This document shows positions 1 to 11,190 of a stretch of 64,000 nt of DNA, piece after piece; the stretch's first letter is position 1; each line of letters begins with the position of its first letter. The translations under genes and the position numbers were made by a program. The notes beneath the pieces were generated by a model, which saw nothing but the letters and a program-made list of their open reading frames with translations, made no database searches and was not told where the DNA came from. The DNA is from a virus (Duplodnaviria > Caudoviricetes): IMG/VR virus record IMGVR_UViG_3300049846_001081; one strand, given 5' to 3'.

Positions 1-3000
1 ATAATACAACACAACAATTTTCTGATGGTGAACTTTTGACTTGTAGTACACAGATTGTATCTGGACTTCTTGGTAATTCACTAATATCAGTAGGACAACC
101 TTTTGCGTCAACCATTTCTCAAAATGCAAACTCAATAGGATCTGCATTTTCAATTACAAATGGCGTTTACTTTATAAGAGGGCAATTTGTAAACGTAAAC
201 ACGGAAACATTAATTTTAGATCAATATACAAATAGACCCAACTATAGAGTTGGGTTGTTTATATCTGAAGAAATAGTAACTTCAGATATGGATGAAGCGT
301 TAAATGATAACTCTCAGGGATTTAATAACTACTCTGCACCTGGAGCAGATAGATTAAAGATTACAGCCTCTTTATTTAAAAAATCATTAAATGATTTTGA
401 CGATGGAAACTTCATTGAGTTAGCAACTATAACTGATGGCACGATAAGAACTCAACAAACATCATCAACATACAGTGCAATTGCTGATGAATTAGCCAGA
501 AGAACTTATGCGGAATCTGGTGATTATTATGTAACTGCTTTTGATGCTACCTTAAAGGAGTCATTAAACAATAATTTGGGAAATAACGGATTATTTAATT
601 CGGGACAATTCACATATGGTGGTTCAACACCATCGGATGATTTAGCGGTTTATCAAATTTCTCCAGGAAAAGCTTTTGTCAGGGGATATGAATGCGAAAC
701 AATAAGTCCAACATTTTTAGATTGTCCAAAACCAAGAACGACAAAAACACTTGAAAATATATCTTTAAATTATAACACAGGACCAACTTTAAAGTTAAAT
801 AGAGTTTATGGTTCTCCAAAAATAGGTATCGGAAATACTTATATTTTAAGTCTTCGCGATTCTAGAGTTGGTTCAAGTCAGACAATATCATCAGGGAAAG
901 AAATAGGTGTTGCTAGAGTTTATGACTTTAGATTGGAGTCTGGATCATATGATACTTCAAATTCTAATTTAAATCAGTGGGATATTTCATTATATGATCT
1001 ACAAACCATTACAGAAATTACTTTAAACGAACCAATCACTCTTTCAGTTCCAACTTTTATTAAAGGAAAAAATAGTGGGGCAACAGCTTTCGTAAAAGAT
1101 GCAGTTGTAGCGGGAACGGCAGTTACTGTATACGAAAAAACTGGAGACTTTTTATTAAATGAATCATTTGTTATTGATGGTATAGAAAATTCTAGAGTAG
1201 CAATTGCTATTACCTCCTATGGAATTTCTGATATAAAATCTGTATATGGTATTGTCGGATCTGCATCAACTTTTTCTGCGGATGTAGTTCAATCCACTGG
1301 ATTTAACGTTGGTATTGCTACAATTAGTGTTTCTTCTGGTGGGGTTAGTACTGTAACAAGTCCAAATAATTTATTTCCAGGAAAAATTGTTAGAGTTGGT
1401 AATTTAGTTCAATATAGTGATCCAATATCTAGAGATCCAGTTATTGCAAAAGTTGTTGGGGCAGGAAATACTACAATTTCAATTACTGGAGTTACTGGGG
1501 TAAGTGGTATTGCATCCGGATTACTTCCATCTTCATCAGTATTATCAGTTACTGATTTTAAAATCCTAACGACAAATTTGGAAACATCAACTGATAATAC
1601 TTTATATACAAGACTTCCTAAAATTAATGTTTCTAATGTGGATTTGACAAACGCAAATCTTGGAATTAGAACAGTTTTTACTGTTAACATATCTGGTAAT
1701 CAAACGACAACAGTTGTTGCTGGTGCAAATGAGACATTTTTACCATTTGATGAAGAAAGATATTCACTTATAACTTCAAATGGACAGACAGAAGTTTTAA
1801 CATCAGATAAAATTCAAATTGACTCCACAGGAACTCAATTAGCAATATATAATCTTTCAACATCTTCCGACACTGGTGCAACTTTAATTGCAACAACTAA
1901 GAAAATCAAACCAAAATTCAAAGTAAAACTAAAGAACAGAGTAAATTCTATTACTGTAGATAAGTCAAAATATGATTATTCTGGTATAGGATCAACAACT
2001 TTGAATGATGGATTATCTTATGGAAATTATCCATTTGGAACTCGCGTTCAAGACGAAATCATTTCACTTAATACGTCAGATATTATAGAAATTCATGGTA
2101 TTTTTGAATCATCAAATGGAACTGATGTCTCTTCTCCAACTATTGAGCTTTCGTCCATAAATGGACCAACAGCAACTACTTCAGATTTAGCAATTGGAGA
2201 AAAAATAATAGGACAAACCAGTGGAGCCATTGCAATTATAGCAGAAAAAATTAATGATACTAAAGTTGCTTTCATCTATAAAAATCAAAAACTCTTTAAA
2301 GAGGGAGAAGTTTTAAGATCGGATGAATCTCAAATTCAAGCAATAGTACAAACTATTAATTCTCCAAGTTTTGATATCTCTCCCAATTTTACATTTACTA
2401 ATGGTCAAGAATCAACTTTCTATGATTATGGAACTATTAGAAGAAAAACAGGACTACAAGAACCAACTAAAAAGTTAAAAATATATTTTTCAAATGGTTA
2501 CTACGAATCAAATGATGATGGAGACATAACAACTGTAAATTCTTACAATACTTTTGATTATGTTTCAGAAATTCCAACTGTAAATGGTGTAAGAGTAACT
2601 AACATAATTGATATTCGTCCAAAAACTTCATCTTATAACGTCAGTGAAAATTCACGTTCTCCTTTAGAATTTTATGGAAGAACTTTTAATGAATCTGGCA
2701 ATTCTTCCAAGAGTATTTTAGCCTCGGATGAATCTATTTTAACTTCTTTCTCCTTCTATCTGGGAAGAATTGATAGAATTTACTTGACAAAAGATGGAAA
2801 GTTCCAGGTTAAATATGGTGTTCCTGCAGAAAGACCAGAAAAACCAGTTTCTGTTGATGATGCATTAGAGATTGCAACAATAAACTTACCAGCATACTTG
2901 TATAATACGTCTCAAGCTTCCATTCAATTCTTGGATCACAAGAGATATAGAATGGTTGATATTAAAAAACTTGAAAATAGAATTAAAAATCTTGAATATC

Positions 3001-6000
3001 ACACAGCACTTTCTTTATTGGAGATTAATACTGCAAATCTTTTTGTTCCAGATGGTGATGGTTTAAATAGATTTAAATCTGGATTCTTTGTTGACAACTT
3101 TACCTCTTTATTAGCACAAGAAAGTTCTATATTATATAAAAATAGTATTGATATAACCAATAAAGAATTAAGACCAAGACATTATACAAATTCTGTTGAT
3201 TTAATCTCTGGACCTGTCACTGGTGTCGATCCAACAGAAGATCTTGCATTTACTCCAATTGAAGGCGTTAATGTCAGAAAATCAAAAGATATTGTAACCC
3301 TAGATTATGCCGAAGTTGAATGGTTAAAGCAATCTTTTGCAACTAGATCCGAAAGCGTAACCCCATTTTTAATTAGTTTCTGGCAAGGAACTCTAGAGCT
3401 TACTCCAGCTACAGATACTTGGGTTGATACTGTAAGATTGGAAGCAAAAATCATACAGGCAGAGGGAAATTACGCAGAGACATTAGCAAATGCAGTTAAA
3501 ACATTAAATGTTGATCCACAAACTGGATTTGCACCTGTTGTTTGGAATGCTTGGGAAACTAATTGGACCGGACAAGAAATTATTGATACTACAAGACAAA
3601 GAACACAAACTGATAGATGGACTTCTTGGGGTGGAAGACAAATTTGGGAGACTACACAAAATACAGTTCTCTTAGAAAATCTGAGAGAAGTTAGGGATAC
3701 TGGTGTTACCTCAAGAACTGGCACAAGAACTATCGTAACAGAACAATTTGATAACACTTCTGTTGGGGATAGAGTTGTAAGTAGAAATCTTGTCCCATAT
3801 ATGAGATCTAGAAACGTTCAATTTGTTTCTAAAAAATTAAAACCATTAACTCAAATTTATGCATTTTTTGATGGTGTAGATGTAACAAGATATTGTGTTC
3901 CAAAATTATTAGAAATTTCAATGATTTCTGGTGTGTTTGAAGTTGGCGAAAAAGTTATTGGAACAATTCAATCCACTGGATTAAATCTAAACATAGGGCA
4001 AGATGTCCCTAGAATTTCATTCAGAGTATCCCAATCAAATCATAGAGAGGGACCATATAATGCAGCAACTGTAACATATCCAAATAATCCATATACAGGT
4101 CAAACCCTACAACCAACTTATTCTTCAACCTCAAATATTTTAAATGTTGATACATTCTCCTTGTCAAATCAACCTCAGGGAGAATACAGTGGATGGGTAG
4201 AATCTGGGATGATATTAATTGGTGAAACAAGTGGAGCTCAGGCTACAATCACTAATGTACGATTGGTTTCTGATTTATCAGCAACTTTAATTGGAAGTTT
4301 TTACATTCCAAATCCAAATTCAACTAATCATCCAAAATTTGAAGCTGGAACAAAAACTTTAACATTAGTTAATGATATTGCAAATGATCAGAATGCAGCT
4401 ACAACTATAGCAGAAGAAGGATTTATTTCCAGTGGAACTATAGAGACAGTTCAAGAAAATATTATTTCGGTGAGAAATGCTAGAATTCAAAACAAACAAG
4501 AGTTTGAAGAGAGGGCAGTTTCTAGAACCACTGGAACTCAAGTTGTAAGTAGCACTATTCTATCACAAAGTAGTTCTTCAACACTTATTGGATGGTATGA
4601 TCCGTTAGCACAATCCTTCTTAGTTGAAGATGAAACGGGGGTTTTCTTGACCAAGTGTGAGGTCTTCTTTAGATCTAAAGATGATATGGATATTCCTGTA
4701 ACGTTCCAATTGAGAACGATGCAGAATGGATTCCCAACTCAGAGAATATTACCATTCTCAGAAATTACTTTAGATCCAGGAGATGTGCAGACATCTGCAG
4801 ATGGATCTGTTGCAACTACTTTCAATTTTGATTCTCCTGTTTATTTGGAGGGAGGAAAAGAATATTGTATATGTCTTGCATCAAATTCAACAAAATATAG
4901 TGTTTATGTTTCAAGAATTGGTGAAAATGACCTATTAACTCAAACCTTTATTTCAAATCAACCATACCTTGGATCTCTATTCAAGTCTCAAAATGCATCA
5001 ACTTGGGAAGCAAGTCAGTGGGAAGATCTTAAATTTACTCTTTATAGAGCTGACTTCTTAACTTCGGGAACTGTTGATTTCTATAGTCCAGAACTAACTG
5101 AAGGAAACAAACAAATTCCAACACTAATGCCAAATTCAATCAATCTTATTTCTAATAAGATTAGAGTTGGATTGGGATCAACCGTTCAAGATTCAGGATT
5201 AACTTTAGGCAATACAGTAATTCAACAAGGAACAAATGCAACGGCAAATTATGTTGGAGCCGCTGGAAGTGCATCTGGCACACTGACATTAATTAATTCT
5301 GGAATAGGATATACACCTTCAAGTGGTGGATTATCAATTAATGGTATTAACTTAGTTACAATCACCGGAAGTGGAAAAAATGCAACCGCAAATATAACAG
5401 TCTCTAATGGAGTTGCTGTCGCAGCTACTATTACAAACGGTGGATATGGATATCAAATTGGAGACGTTGTTGGAATAAGTACATTTGGATCTGTTTCTGT
5501 TGGAAGAAACGCAAGATTCTCAATTGTTTCTATCGCAGGAACAAATCAATTAGTACTTGATAATGTTCAAGGAGAGTTTGTAGTTGGTTCTGCAAAAACA
5601 GTACAGTATGTTAATAGTTCTGGAATTACTACAACATTAAATTCATCAACCGGTGGAAATGTTCTGATTAACTCAATTGAAACGATTAGTGATGGATTAC
5701 ATATCAATGTTAATCACCAAAATCACGGAATGTATTCTAGTGAGAATTATGTCACTCTTTCAAATATACAATCTGATATTAATCCAACAAAATTAAATAT
5801 TGAGTATAACACAAATTCAACAGGAACAATCAGTGTTGATAACGCATCCGACTTTTCTACCTTTGAAAATGTTGGTGTGGGAACAACAAACCCTGGATAC
5901 TTACTGATAGGAGATGAAATAATTGAGTACACATCAGTATCAGGAAACTTAATCGGTGGAGATATATTAAGAGGAGAAAATTCTAAAAATTATCCAGTTG

Positions 6001-7031
6001 GAACTCCAGTTTATAAGTATGAATTAGGTGGAGTATCTCTAAGAAGAATTAATACCAAACATAACTTAGATAATGTTACTGTTTCTAATCCAATAACATT
6101 TGATTCATATCATGTAAAATTAGATATGGAAGCAAATGGAATTGATAGAACTGATGGTACATCCTATCCAAAACTCCATATTAATCAAACAAAGTCATCT
6201 GGAGGATATAACATCAAAGCAACTCAAAATATGCCTTTTGAAATAGTAACCCCAATAGTTCAAAATCTAACTGTAAGAGGAACTTCTCTGAGTGCATCTT
6301 TAAGAACAGTGACAGGATCAAGTATAAGTGGAAATGAAATTCCATTTATTGATAATGGATTTGAACCAATCAGTGTAGGAAAACCAAATTATTTGGATAG
6401 TACTAGAATTATATGCTCAAAAGTAAATGAAAATGAAAAGTTGACAAATCTTCCTGGTAATAAATCAATGAATTTAAGATTACAATTAGATACTGTTGAT
6501 TCTCGCCTAACACCAGTAATTGATACACAAAGAATTTCTACAATATTAACATCTAATCGTGTTAATAGTGTTGTCTCAAATTATGCAACTGATTCAAGAG
6601 TCAATACTCTTGACCAAGATCCATCTGCCTTCCAATACATTTCAAAAGAGATTAATTTGGAAAATGCCGCAAGTTCTATTAAGGTCTTAGTAAATGCACA
6701 TATCAATCAATATTGTGATATAAGAGCTTTATATGCAATTAGTGAGAAAACAAACTTTAACCCAATTTTTACACCATTCCCAGGTTACATGAATTTGAAT
6801 TCTAAGAATGAGGTTATAAGTTTTGAAAATAGTGATGGTAGATCGGATATATTCGTTTCACCAACCCAATCTCTTGGATTTGAAGCGGATGATATTGAAT
6901 TTAAAGAATACACATTTACTATAGATAAACTTCCATCATTTAAATCATATAGAATTAAAATAATCTTGACATCAACAAATCAAGTTTATGTTCCAAGAAT
7001 TAAAGATCTAAGAGTTATCGCTTTAGCATAA
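1..7031 (+). CDS. Giant virion structural protein (DUF4815/VrlC-like; baseplate/tail associated), 5'-truncated
   Basis: Frame is open from the window edge (track start 36 is a TTG). N-terminal GVYFIRGQFV...YRVGL...NYSAPGADRLKI motif is typical of this cyanophage family; Ser/Thr/Gly-rich beta repeats. Confidence 0.75.
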   Translation, partial: NTTQQFSDGELLTCSTQIVSGLLGNSLISVGQPFASTISQNANSIGSAFSITNGVYFIRGQFVNVNTETLILDQYTNRPNYRVGLFISEEIVTSDMDEALNDNSQGFNNYSAPGADRLKITASLFKKSLNDFDDGNFIELATITDGTIRTQQTSSTYSAIADELARRTYAESGDYYVTAFDATLKESLNNNLGNNGLFNSGQFTYGGSTPSDDLAVYQISPGKAFVRGYECETISPTFLDCPKPRTTKTLENISLNYNTGPTLKLNRVYGSPKIGIGNTYILSLRDSRVGSSQTISSGKEIGVARVYDFRLESGSYDTSNSNLNQWDISLYDLQTITEITLNEPITLSVPTFIKGKNSGATAFVKDAVVAGTAVTVYEKTGDFLLNESFVIDGIENSRVAIAITSYGISDIKSVYGIVGSASTFSADVVQSTGFNVGIATISVSSGGVSTVTSPNNLFPGKIVRVGNLVQYSDPISRDPVIAKVVGAGNTTISITGVTGVSGIASGLLPSSSVLSVTDFKILTTNLETSTDNTLYTRLPKINVSNVDLTNANLGIRTVFTVNISGNQTTTVVAGANETFLPFDEERYSLITSNGQTEVLTSDKIQIDSTGTQLAIYNLSTSSDTGATLIATTKKIKPKFKVKLKNRVNSITVDKSKYDYSGIGSTTLNDGLSYGNYPFGTRVQDEIISLNTSDIIEIHGIFESSNGTDVSSPTIELSSINGPTATTSDLAIGEKIIGQTSGAIAIIAEKINDTKVAFIYKNQKLFKEGEVLRSDESQIQAIVQTINSPSFDISPNFTFTNGQESTFYDYGTIRRKTGLQEPTKKLKIYFSNGYYESNDDGDITTVNSYNTFDYVSEIPTVNGVRVTNIIDIRPKTSSYNVSENSRSPLEFYGRTFNESGNSSKSILASDESILTSFSFYLGRIDRIYLTKDGKFQVKYGVPAERPEKPVSVDDALEIATINLPAYLYNTSQASIQFLDHKRYRMVDIKKLENRIKNLEYHTALSLLEINTANLFVPDGDGLNRFKSGFFVDNFTSLLAQESSILYKNSIDITNKELRPRHYTNSVDLISGPVTGVDPTEDLAFTPIEGVNVRKSKDIVTLDYAEVEWLKQSFATRSESVTPFLISFWQGTLELTPATDTWVDTVRLEAKIIQAEGNYAETLANAVKTLNVDPQTGFAPVVWNAWETNWTGQEIIDTTRQRTQTDRWTSWGGRQIWETTQNTVLLENLREVRDTGVTSRTGTRTIVTEQFDNTSVGDRVVSRNLVPYMRSRNVQFVSKKLKPLTQIYAFFDGVDVTRYCVPKLLEISMISGVFEVGEKVIGTIQSTGLNLNIGQDVPRISFRVSQSNHREGPYNAATVTYPNNPYTGQTLQPTYSSTSNILNVDTFSLSNQPQGEYSGWVESGMILIGETSGAQATITNVRLVSDLSATLIGSFYIPNPNSTNHPKFEAGTKTLTLVNDIANDQNAATTIAEEGFISSGTIETVQENIISVRNARIQNKQEFEERAVSRTTGTQVVSSTILSQSSSSTLIGWYDPLAQSFLVEDETGVFLTKCEVFFRSKDDMDIPVTFQLRTMQNGFPTQRILPFSEITLDPGDVQTSADGSVATTFNFDSPVYLEGGKEYCICLASNSTKYSVYVSRIGENDLLTQTFISNQPYLGSLFKSQNASTWEASQWEDLKFTLYRADFLTSGTVDFYSPELTEGNKQIPTLMPNSINLISNKIRVGLGSTVQDSGLTLGNTVIQQGTNATANYVGAAGSASGTLTLINSGIGYTPSSGGLSINGINLVTITGSGKNATANITVSNGVAVAATITNGGYGYQIGDVVGISTFGSVSVGRNARFSIVSIAGTNQLVLDNVQGEFVVGSAKTVQYVNSSGITTTLNSSTGGNVLINSIETISDGLHINVNHQNHGMYSSENYVTLSNIQSDINPTKLNIEYNTNSTGTISVDNASDFSTFENVGVGTTNPGYLLIGDEIIEYTSVSGNLIGGDILRGENSKNYPVGTPVYKYELGGVSLRRINTKHNLDNVTVSNPITFDSYHVKLDMEANGIDRTDGTSYPKLHINQTKSSGGYNIKATQNMPFEIVTPIVQNLTVRGTSLSASLRTVTGSSISGNEIPFIDNGFEPISVGKPNYLDSTRIICSKVNENEKLTNLPGNKSMNLRLQLDTVDSRLTPVIDTQRISTILTSNRVNSVVSNYATDSRVNTLDQDPSAFQYISKEINLENAASSIKVLVNAHINQYCDIRALYAISEKTNFNPIFTPFPGYMNLNSKNEVISFENSDGRSDIFVSPTQSLGFEADDIEFKEYTFTIDKLPSFKSYRIKIILTSTNQVYVPRIKDLRVIALA

Positions 7032-7032
7032 T

Positions 7033-7260
7033 ATGAATTATTTGAAAGTTGAGGGTCACTCTCACTTAATGAGAGACAAAGAGACAAATTCAATTGTCAA
7101 TACTAACATGACAGAATATCAAGAATACATTTCTAGAAGAAATGCAAAATCTGAAGAGAATCAAAAAATACAGAATTTGGAGGAAGATCTCACTAATATA
7201 AAGGATGATATCAATGAAATTAAAAGTTTACTTAGGAGTTTGATAAATGGATCCCGATAA
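7033..7260 (+). CDS. Small coiled-coil hypothetical protein
   Basis: 75-aa ORF abutting upstream stop; heptad-like C-terminus (LEEDLTNIKDDINEIKSLL). Confidence 0.7.
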   Translation: MNYLKVEGHSHLMRDKETNSIVNTNMTEYQEYISRRNAKSEENQKIQNLEEDLTNIKDDINEIKSLLRSLINGSR

Positions 7261-7417
7261 GATTAAATTAGATGATTTATCTAAAAGTTTTGAATATACA
7301 AAAGCTTGTATTGAGATTGATTCTGTAGAAGATATTGAACAAATAAAAAACATTGCAAAATCATATATGAAATTATACTTAAAACAACAAGAAGTTTTAA
7401 AAGATCTTATTAATTAA
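7247..7417 (+). CDS. 56-aa helical protein, NblA-like candidate (not in ORF track)
   Basis: Hand translation MDPDKIKLDDLSKSFEYTKACIEIDSVEDIEQIKNIAKSYMKLYLKQQEVLKDLIN; overlaps upstream stop and fills the gap before gp13. ORF likely real; NblA call tentative. Confidence 0.45.
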   Translation: MDPDKIKLDDLSKSFEYTKACIEIDSVEDIEQIKNIAKSYMKLYLKQQEVLKDLIN

Positions 7418-7446
7418 ACCATAAATATTTTAAAAAGTAGTAAATA

Positions 7447-8292
7447 ATGGCGCAACCATCTACTAGACAAGAATTAATAGATTATTGCAAGAGGAAACTG
7501 GGAGCGCCAGTTTTGGAAATTAATGTTGCCGATGAGCAAATTGATGATCTAGTTGATGATGCGGTTCAATTTTTCCAAGAAAGACACTTTGATGGTGTTT
7601 ATCCAACTTTTTACAAATATAAGATTACTCAAGATGATATTGATAGAGGTAGATCTAGAGGCGGAAGTGTTGCAGTAGGCATTGCAACTACTACAGCAAC
7701 CACAACAATTGTTGGCGTAACAACAACATTTACATATGAAGAAAATAGTAATTATCTTCAAGTTCCTTCAAATGTAATTGGTGTTAATAAAATATTCCAT
7801 TTTGATGGATCTAACACAATTACACATAATATGTTTAGTGTCAAATATCAGTTATTCTTGAATGATATTTACTATTGGGGAGCAACTGAATTGTTAAGTT
7901 ATGCAATGGTTAAGACATACCTTGAAGATCTTGACTTTTTATTGACCACCCAAAAACAAATTCGTTTCAATAAAAGACAAGATAGACTTTACTTAGATAT
8001 AGATTGGGCATCAGTAAATGTCGGTCAATATATTATAATTGATTGTTATACAACATTAGATCCAAATGATTATTCAAGAGTATGGAATGATTCATTCTTA
8101 AAACCATATCTAACGTCTCTTATAAAACGTCAATGGGGACAAAATATGATGAAATTTACTGGTGTTAAACTTCCTGGTGGAGTGGAGCTAAATGGAAGAC
8201 AAATGTATGATGACGCTCAAAGAGAGATTGATATTTTAATGGAGAAAATGTCTAATACTTATGAACTTCCACCACTTGATATGATAGGGTGA
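7447..8292 (+). CDS. gp13: Neck protein gp13
   Basis: LIDYCKRKLGAPVLEINV...QFFQERHFDG start, GGVELNG and PPLDMIG end; synteny with gp14/gp15. Confidence 0.92.
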   Translation: MAQPSTRQELIDYCKRKLGAPVLEINVADEQIDDLVDDAVQFFQERHFDGVYPTFYKYKITQDDIDRGRSRGGSVAVGIATTTATTTIVGVTTTFTYEENSNYLQVPSNVIGVNKIFHFDGSNTITHNMFSVKYQLFLNDIYYWGATELLSYAMVKTYLEDLDFLLTTQKQIRFNKRQDRLYLDIDWASVNVGQYIIIDCYTTLDPNDYSRVWNDSFLKPYLTSLIKRQWGQNMMKFTGVKLPGGVELNGRQMYDDAQREIDILMEKMSNTYELPPLDMIG

Positions 8293-8296
8293 TAAG

Positions 8297-9712
8297 ATGC
8301 TCAATCCATTTTTTCTACAGGGATCTAAAGGCGAACAGGGATTAATACAAGATTTAATTAACGAACAACTCCGTATGTATGGAGTAGATGTTCATTATTT
8401 GCCAAGAAAATATTTAACAGAGAAAAAAGTTTTAAGAGAAGTTATAGAGTCTGCTTTTAATGATGCATATCCATTAGAAGCTTATATTGAGAACTATGAG
8501 GGATATGGGGATAACACAACCATTCTTTCAAAATTTGGAATACAAGCACTCAACGAACTTACAATAACAATATCAAAAGAAAGATTTGATACTTACATTG
8601 TTCCTCTCATAAAAGATAAACCAAATATTAAACTTGGAACAAGACCGAGAGAAGGTGATCTAATTTATTTTCCACTCGGTGATAGATTATTTGAGGTTAA
8701 ATTTGTAGAGCATGAGCAACCATTTTATCAATTACAAAAAACTTATGTATATACGTTGAAATGCGAACTCTTTAGATATGAAGATGAAATTATTGATACT
8801 GGAATTGATGAAGTAGATGATATTTTAGTTGGTGGTGGAACTACAACCTCCGGAATTGGTGGTGGTATTGCAGTTACACAAATTTTAAGAATGGTTGGAG
8901 TTGGTACAACAGCAACAGCAACTACTACATTAGTAAATGGTGGAATTAGATTTATTGGAGTAACAAATCGTGGTGGTGGATACTCCAGTATCCCGACTGT
9001 AGCAATATCATCCGCACCATCTGGAGGCATAACTGGCATTGCTACAGCATTAATGATTGATGGTATTGTTGTATGTAATGATAATGTAAATCCACAAAAC
9101 AAATCAGTTCAAAGTGTTTTATTGGTTAATCCTGGATCTGGATATACAGTAGCACCAGGAATAAGATTTATTGGTGGTGGTGGATCTGGAGCAGCTGCTA
9201 CAGCTGTAATTGGAAACGGTATCATAGGACCCATTACTGTTACAAATGCAGGATCAGGTTATACAACAGCTCCAACTATAACCTTTACAGGTATCGCATC
9301 TGTGTCTGCGGCTGCTACAGCGGTTGTAAGTACTGCAGGATCCATAACAGCAATTAGAATTACAAACTCTGGTCTTGGATATACTGTAGCGCCATCTATA
9401 ACAATTTCTGCCCCTTCATTTGCGGGAATTGGAACCTATCAATACAATGAGACAATAACCGGTAGTATCAGTGGCGTAACAGCAAGAGTAAGATCTTGGA
9501 ATTCTGTCACAAACACACTAGAAATTTCTAATGCGTCTGGATCTTTTGTAAAAGGAGAAAATATTGTTGGGTCTGCCTCATCAGCTTCATATACTTTATC
9601 TGTGATAGGTGATGATTTTATTGAAAATGCATATGCAGATAACTTAGATATAGAAACTGAGGCGGATAAAATAATTGATTTTACTGAGGTAAATCCATTC
9701 GGAATGCCATAA
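8297..9712 (+). CDS. gp14: Neck/head-closure protein gp14 with internal GSGY-repeat insertion
   Basis: MLNPFF...EQLRMYGVDVHYLPR, REGDLIYFP, LKCELF motifs; ends IDFTEVNPFG. Confidence 0.88.
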   Translation: MLNPFFLQGSKGEQGLIQDLINEQLRMYGVDVHYLPRKYLTEKKVLREVIESAFNDAYPLEAYIENYEGYGDNTTILSKFGIQALNELTITISKERFDTYIVPLIKDKPNIKLGTRPREGDLIYFPLGDRLFEVKFVEHEQPFYQLQKTYVYTLKCELFRYEDEIIDTGIDEVDDILVGGGTTTSGIGGGIAVTQILRMVGVGTTATATTTLVNGGIRFIGVTNRGGGYSSIPTVAISSAPSGGITGIATALMIDGIVVCNDNVNPQNKSVQSVLLVNPGSGYTVAPGIRFIGGGGSGAAATAVIGNGIIGPITVTNAGSGYTTAPTITFTGIASVSAAATAVVSTAGSITAIRITNSGLGYTVAPSITISAPSFAGIGTYQYNETITGSISGVTARVRSWNSVTNTLEISNASGSFVKGENIVGSASSASYTLSVIGDDFIENAYADNLDIETEADKIIDFTEVNPFGMP

Positions 9713-9757
9713 ATATAATTTATAAGTTGATTAAATAGTATTGTAAGGAAATAAAAG

Positions 9758-10759
9758 ATGTTTGAGTATTTTTATAACGAGATTCTAAGAAAGACGGTAA
9801 TATCTTTTGGATCTCTGTTTAATAATATTAGTATTAAACATACTAATAATTCAGGAAATGTTGTTAGTGTATTAAAAGTTCCACTAGCATATGGTCCTAC
9901 TCAGAAATTTTTAGCAAGACTTGAGCAATCTCCAGATTTAAATAAACCAGTTCAAATTACATTACCAAGAATGTCATTTGAATTTACTGGAATAACTTAT
10001 GATGCATCAAGAAAAGTAACAACAACACAATCATTTACTTCAAAATCAGCAACTGATGGAACTGTAACTAAAAAAACTTATATGCCAGTTCCTTACAATA
10101 TGCAATTTGAATTATCAATTATGGCAAAGTTAAATGATGACGCATTACAAATTGTAGAGCAAATTTTACCATATTTTCAACCAGCATATAATTTAACAGT
10201 TGAACTTGTAGATGAAATTAATGAGAAAAGAGATATTCCTGTTGTTTTGGAAAACATAACATTTCAAGATGATTATGAGGGAAATTTCACAACAAGAAGA
10301 GTTCTAATTTATACTTTAAGATTTACAGCAAAAACATATCTGTTTGGACCCACCCAAACTGCTACCAAAGATATTATCAAAAAGACCACCATCAGTTATA
10401 TTACTGGAGATACAACTGCTACTCCAACAAGAGAAGTCGTTTATTCATCTGAACCAAGAGCGATCAAAAACTATACGGGAACTGTTGTCACAAATCTATC
10501 AAAAGATATAACGGCAGAAGATATTTTAGTAGAAGTAAATGACGCTTCTTCAATCTCAACTGATACATACTTGGATATTGAAGGTGAAGAAGTATATGTA
10601 AGACTTAAAAATGGAAATGTACTTACCGTTGATAGGGGTAAAGATAATACATCAATTACACCCCATTTGGCAGGCGCTCAAATCAAATCAATAACATCCA
10701 CAGACAATACATTAATACCGGACGGTGATGATTTTGGATTTAGTGGAGACACTTTATGA
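9758..10759 (+). CDS. gp15: Tail terminator/sheath stabiliser gp15
   Basis: YFYNEILRK, VPLAYGP, LPRMSFE, QIVEQILPYFQP motifs. Confidence 0.92.
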   Translation: MFEYFYNEILRKTVISFGSLFNNISIKHTNNSGNVVSVLKVPLAYGPTQKFLARLEQSPDLNKPVQITLPRMSFEFTGITYDASRKVTTTQSFTSKSATDGTVTKKTYMPVPYNMQFELSIMAKLNDDALQIVEQILPYFQPAYNLTVELVDEINEKRDIPVVLENITFQDDYEGNFTTRRVLIYTLRFTAKTYLFGPTQTATKDIIKKTTISYITGDTTATPTREVVYSSEPRAIKNYTGTVVTNLSKDITAEDILVEVNDASSISTDTYLDIEGEEVYVRLKNGNVLTVDRGKDNTSITPHLAGAQIKSITSTDNTLIPDGDDFGFSGDTL

Positions 10760-11190
10760 AAATGACAAAAAAATTTGATGAGTTAAATAACACATTCAAT
10801 GTATCCGGAGAAATAGTTTCAACAGAAGCAGAAACTTCTATTGAAAAAATAGAAAAAATTGTATCATCTGTTGATGATGTAAAAAAAGATTATGAATATA
10901 CAAGAGGAAATCTTTATTCCTTAATTGAAAAAGGACAAGAAGCAATTAATGGAATTCTTGAACTCGCTCAGGAAAGTGAAATGCCTAGAGCATACGAGGT
11001 TGCTGGTCAATTGATAAAAAATGTTGCAGATGCAACTGATAAATTAATGGACTTACAAAAGAAACTTAAAGATATTGAAGAAGAAAAAGTTTCTAAAGGA
11101 CCCACAACGGTTAATAATGCTCTTTTTGTTGGTTCAACTGCTGAATTAGCAAAACTTCTTAAGCAACAAACCGAAAATGAAAACATTTAA
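10756..11190 (+). CDS. gp16: Terminase small subunit gp16
   Basis: DYEYTRGNLY, PRAYEVAGQLIK, NNALFVGSTAEL motifs. Confidence 0.9.
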   Translation: MKMTKKFDELNNTFNVSGEIVSTEAETSIEKIEKIVSSVDDVKKDYEYTRGNLYSLIEKGQEAINGILELAQESEMPRAYEVAGQLIKNVADATDKLMDLQKKLKDIEEEKVSKGPTTVNNALFVGSTAELAKLLKQQTENENI

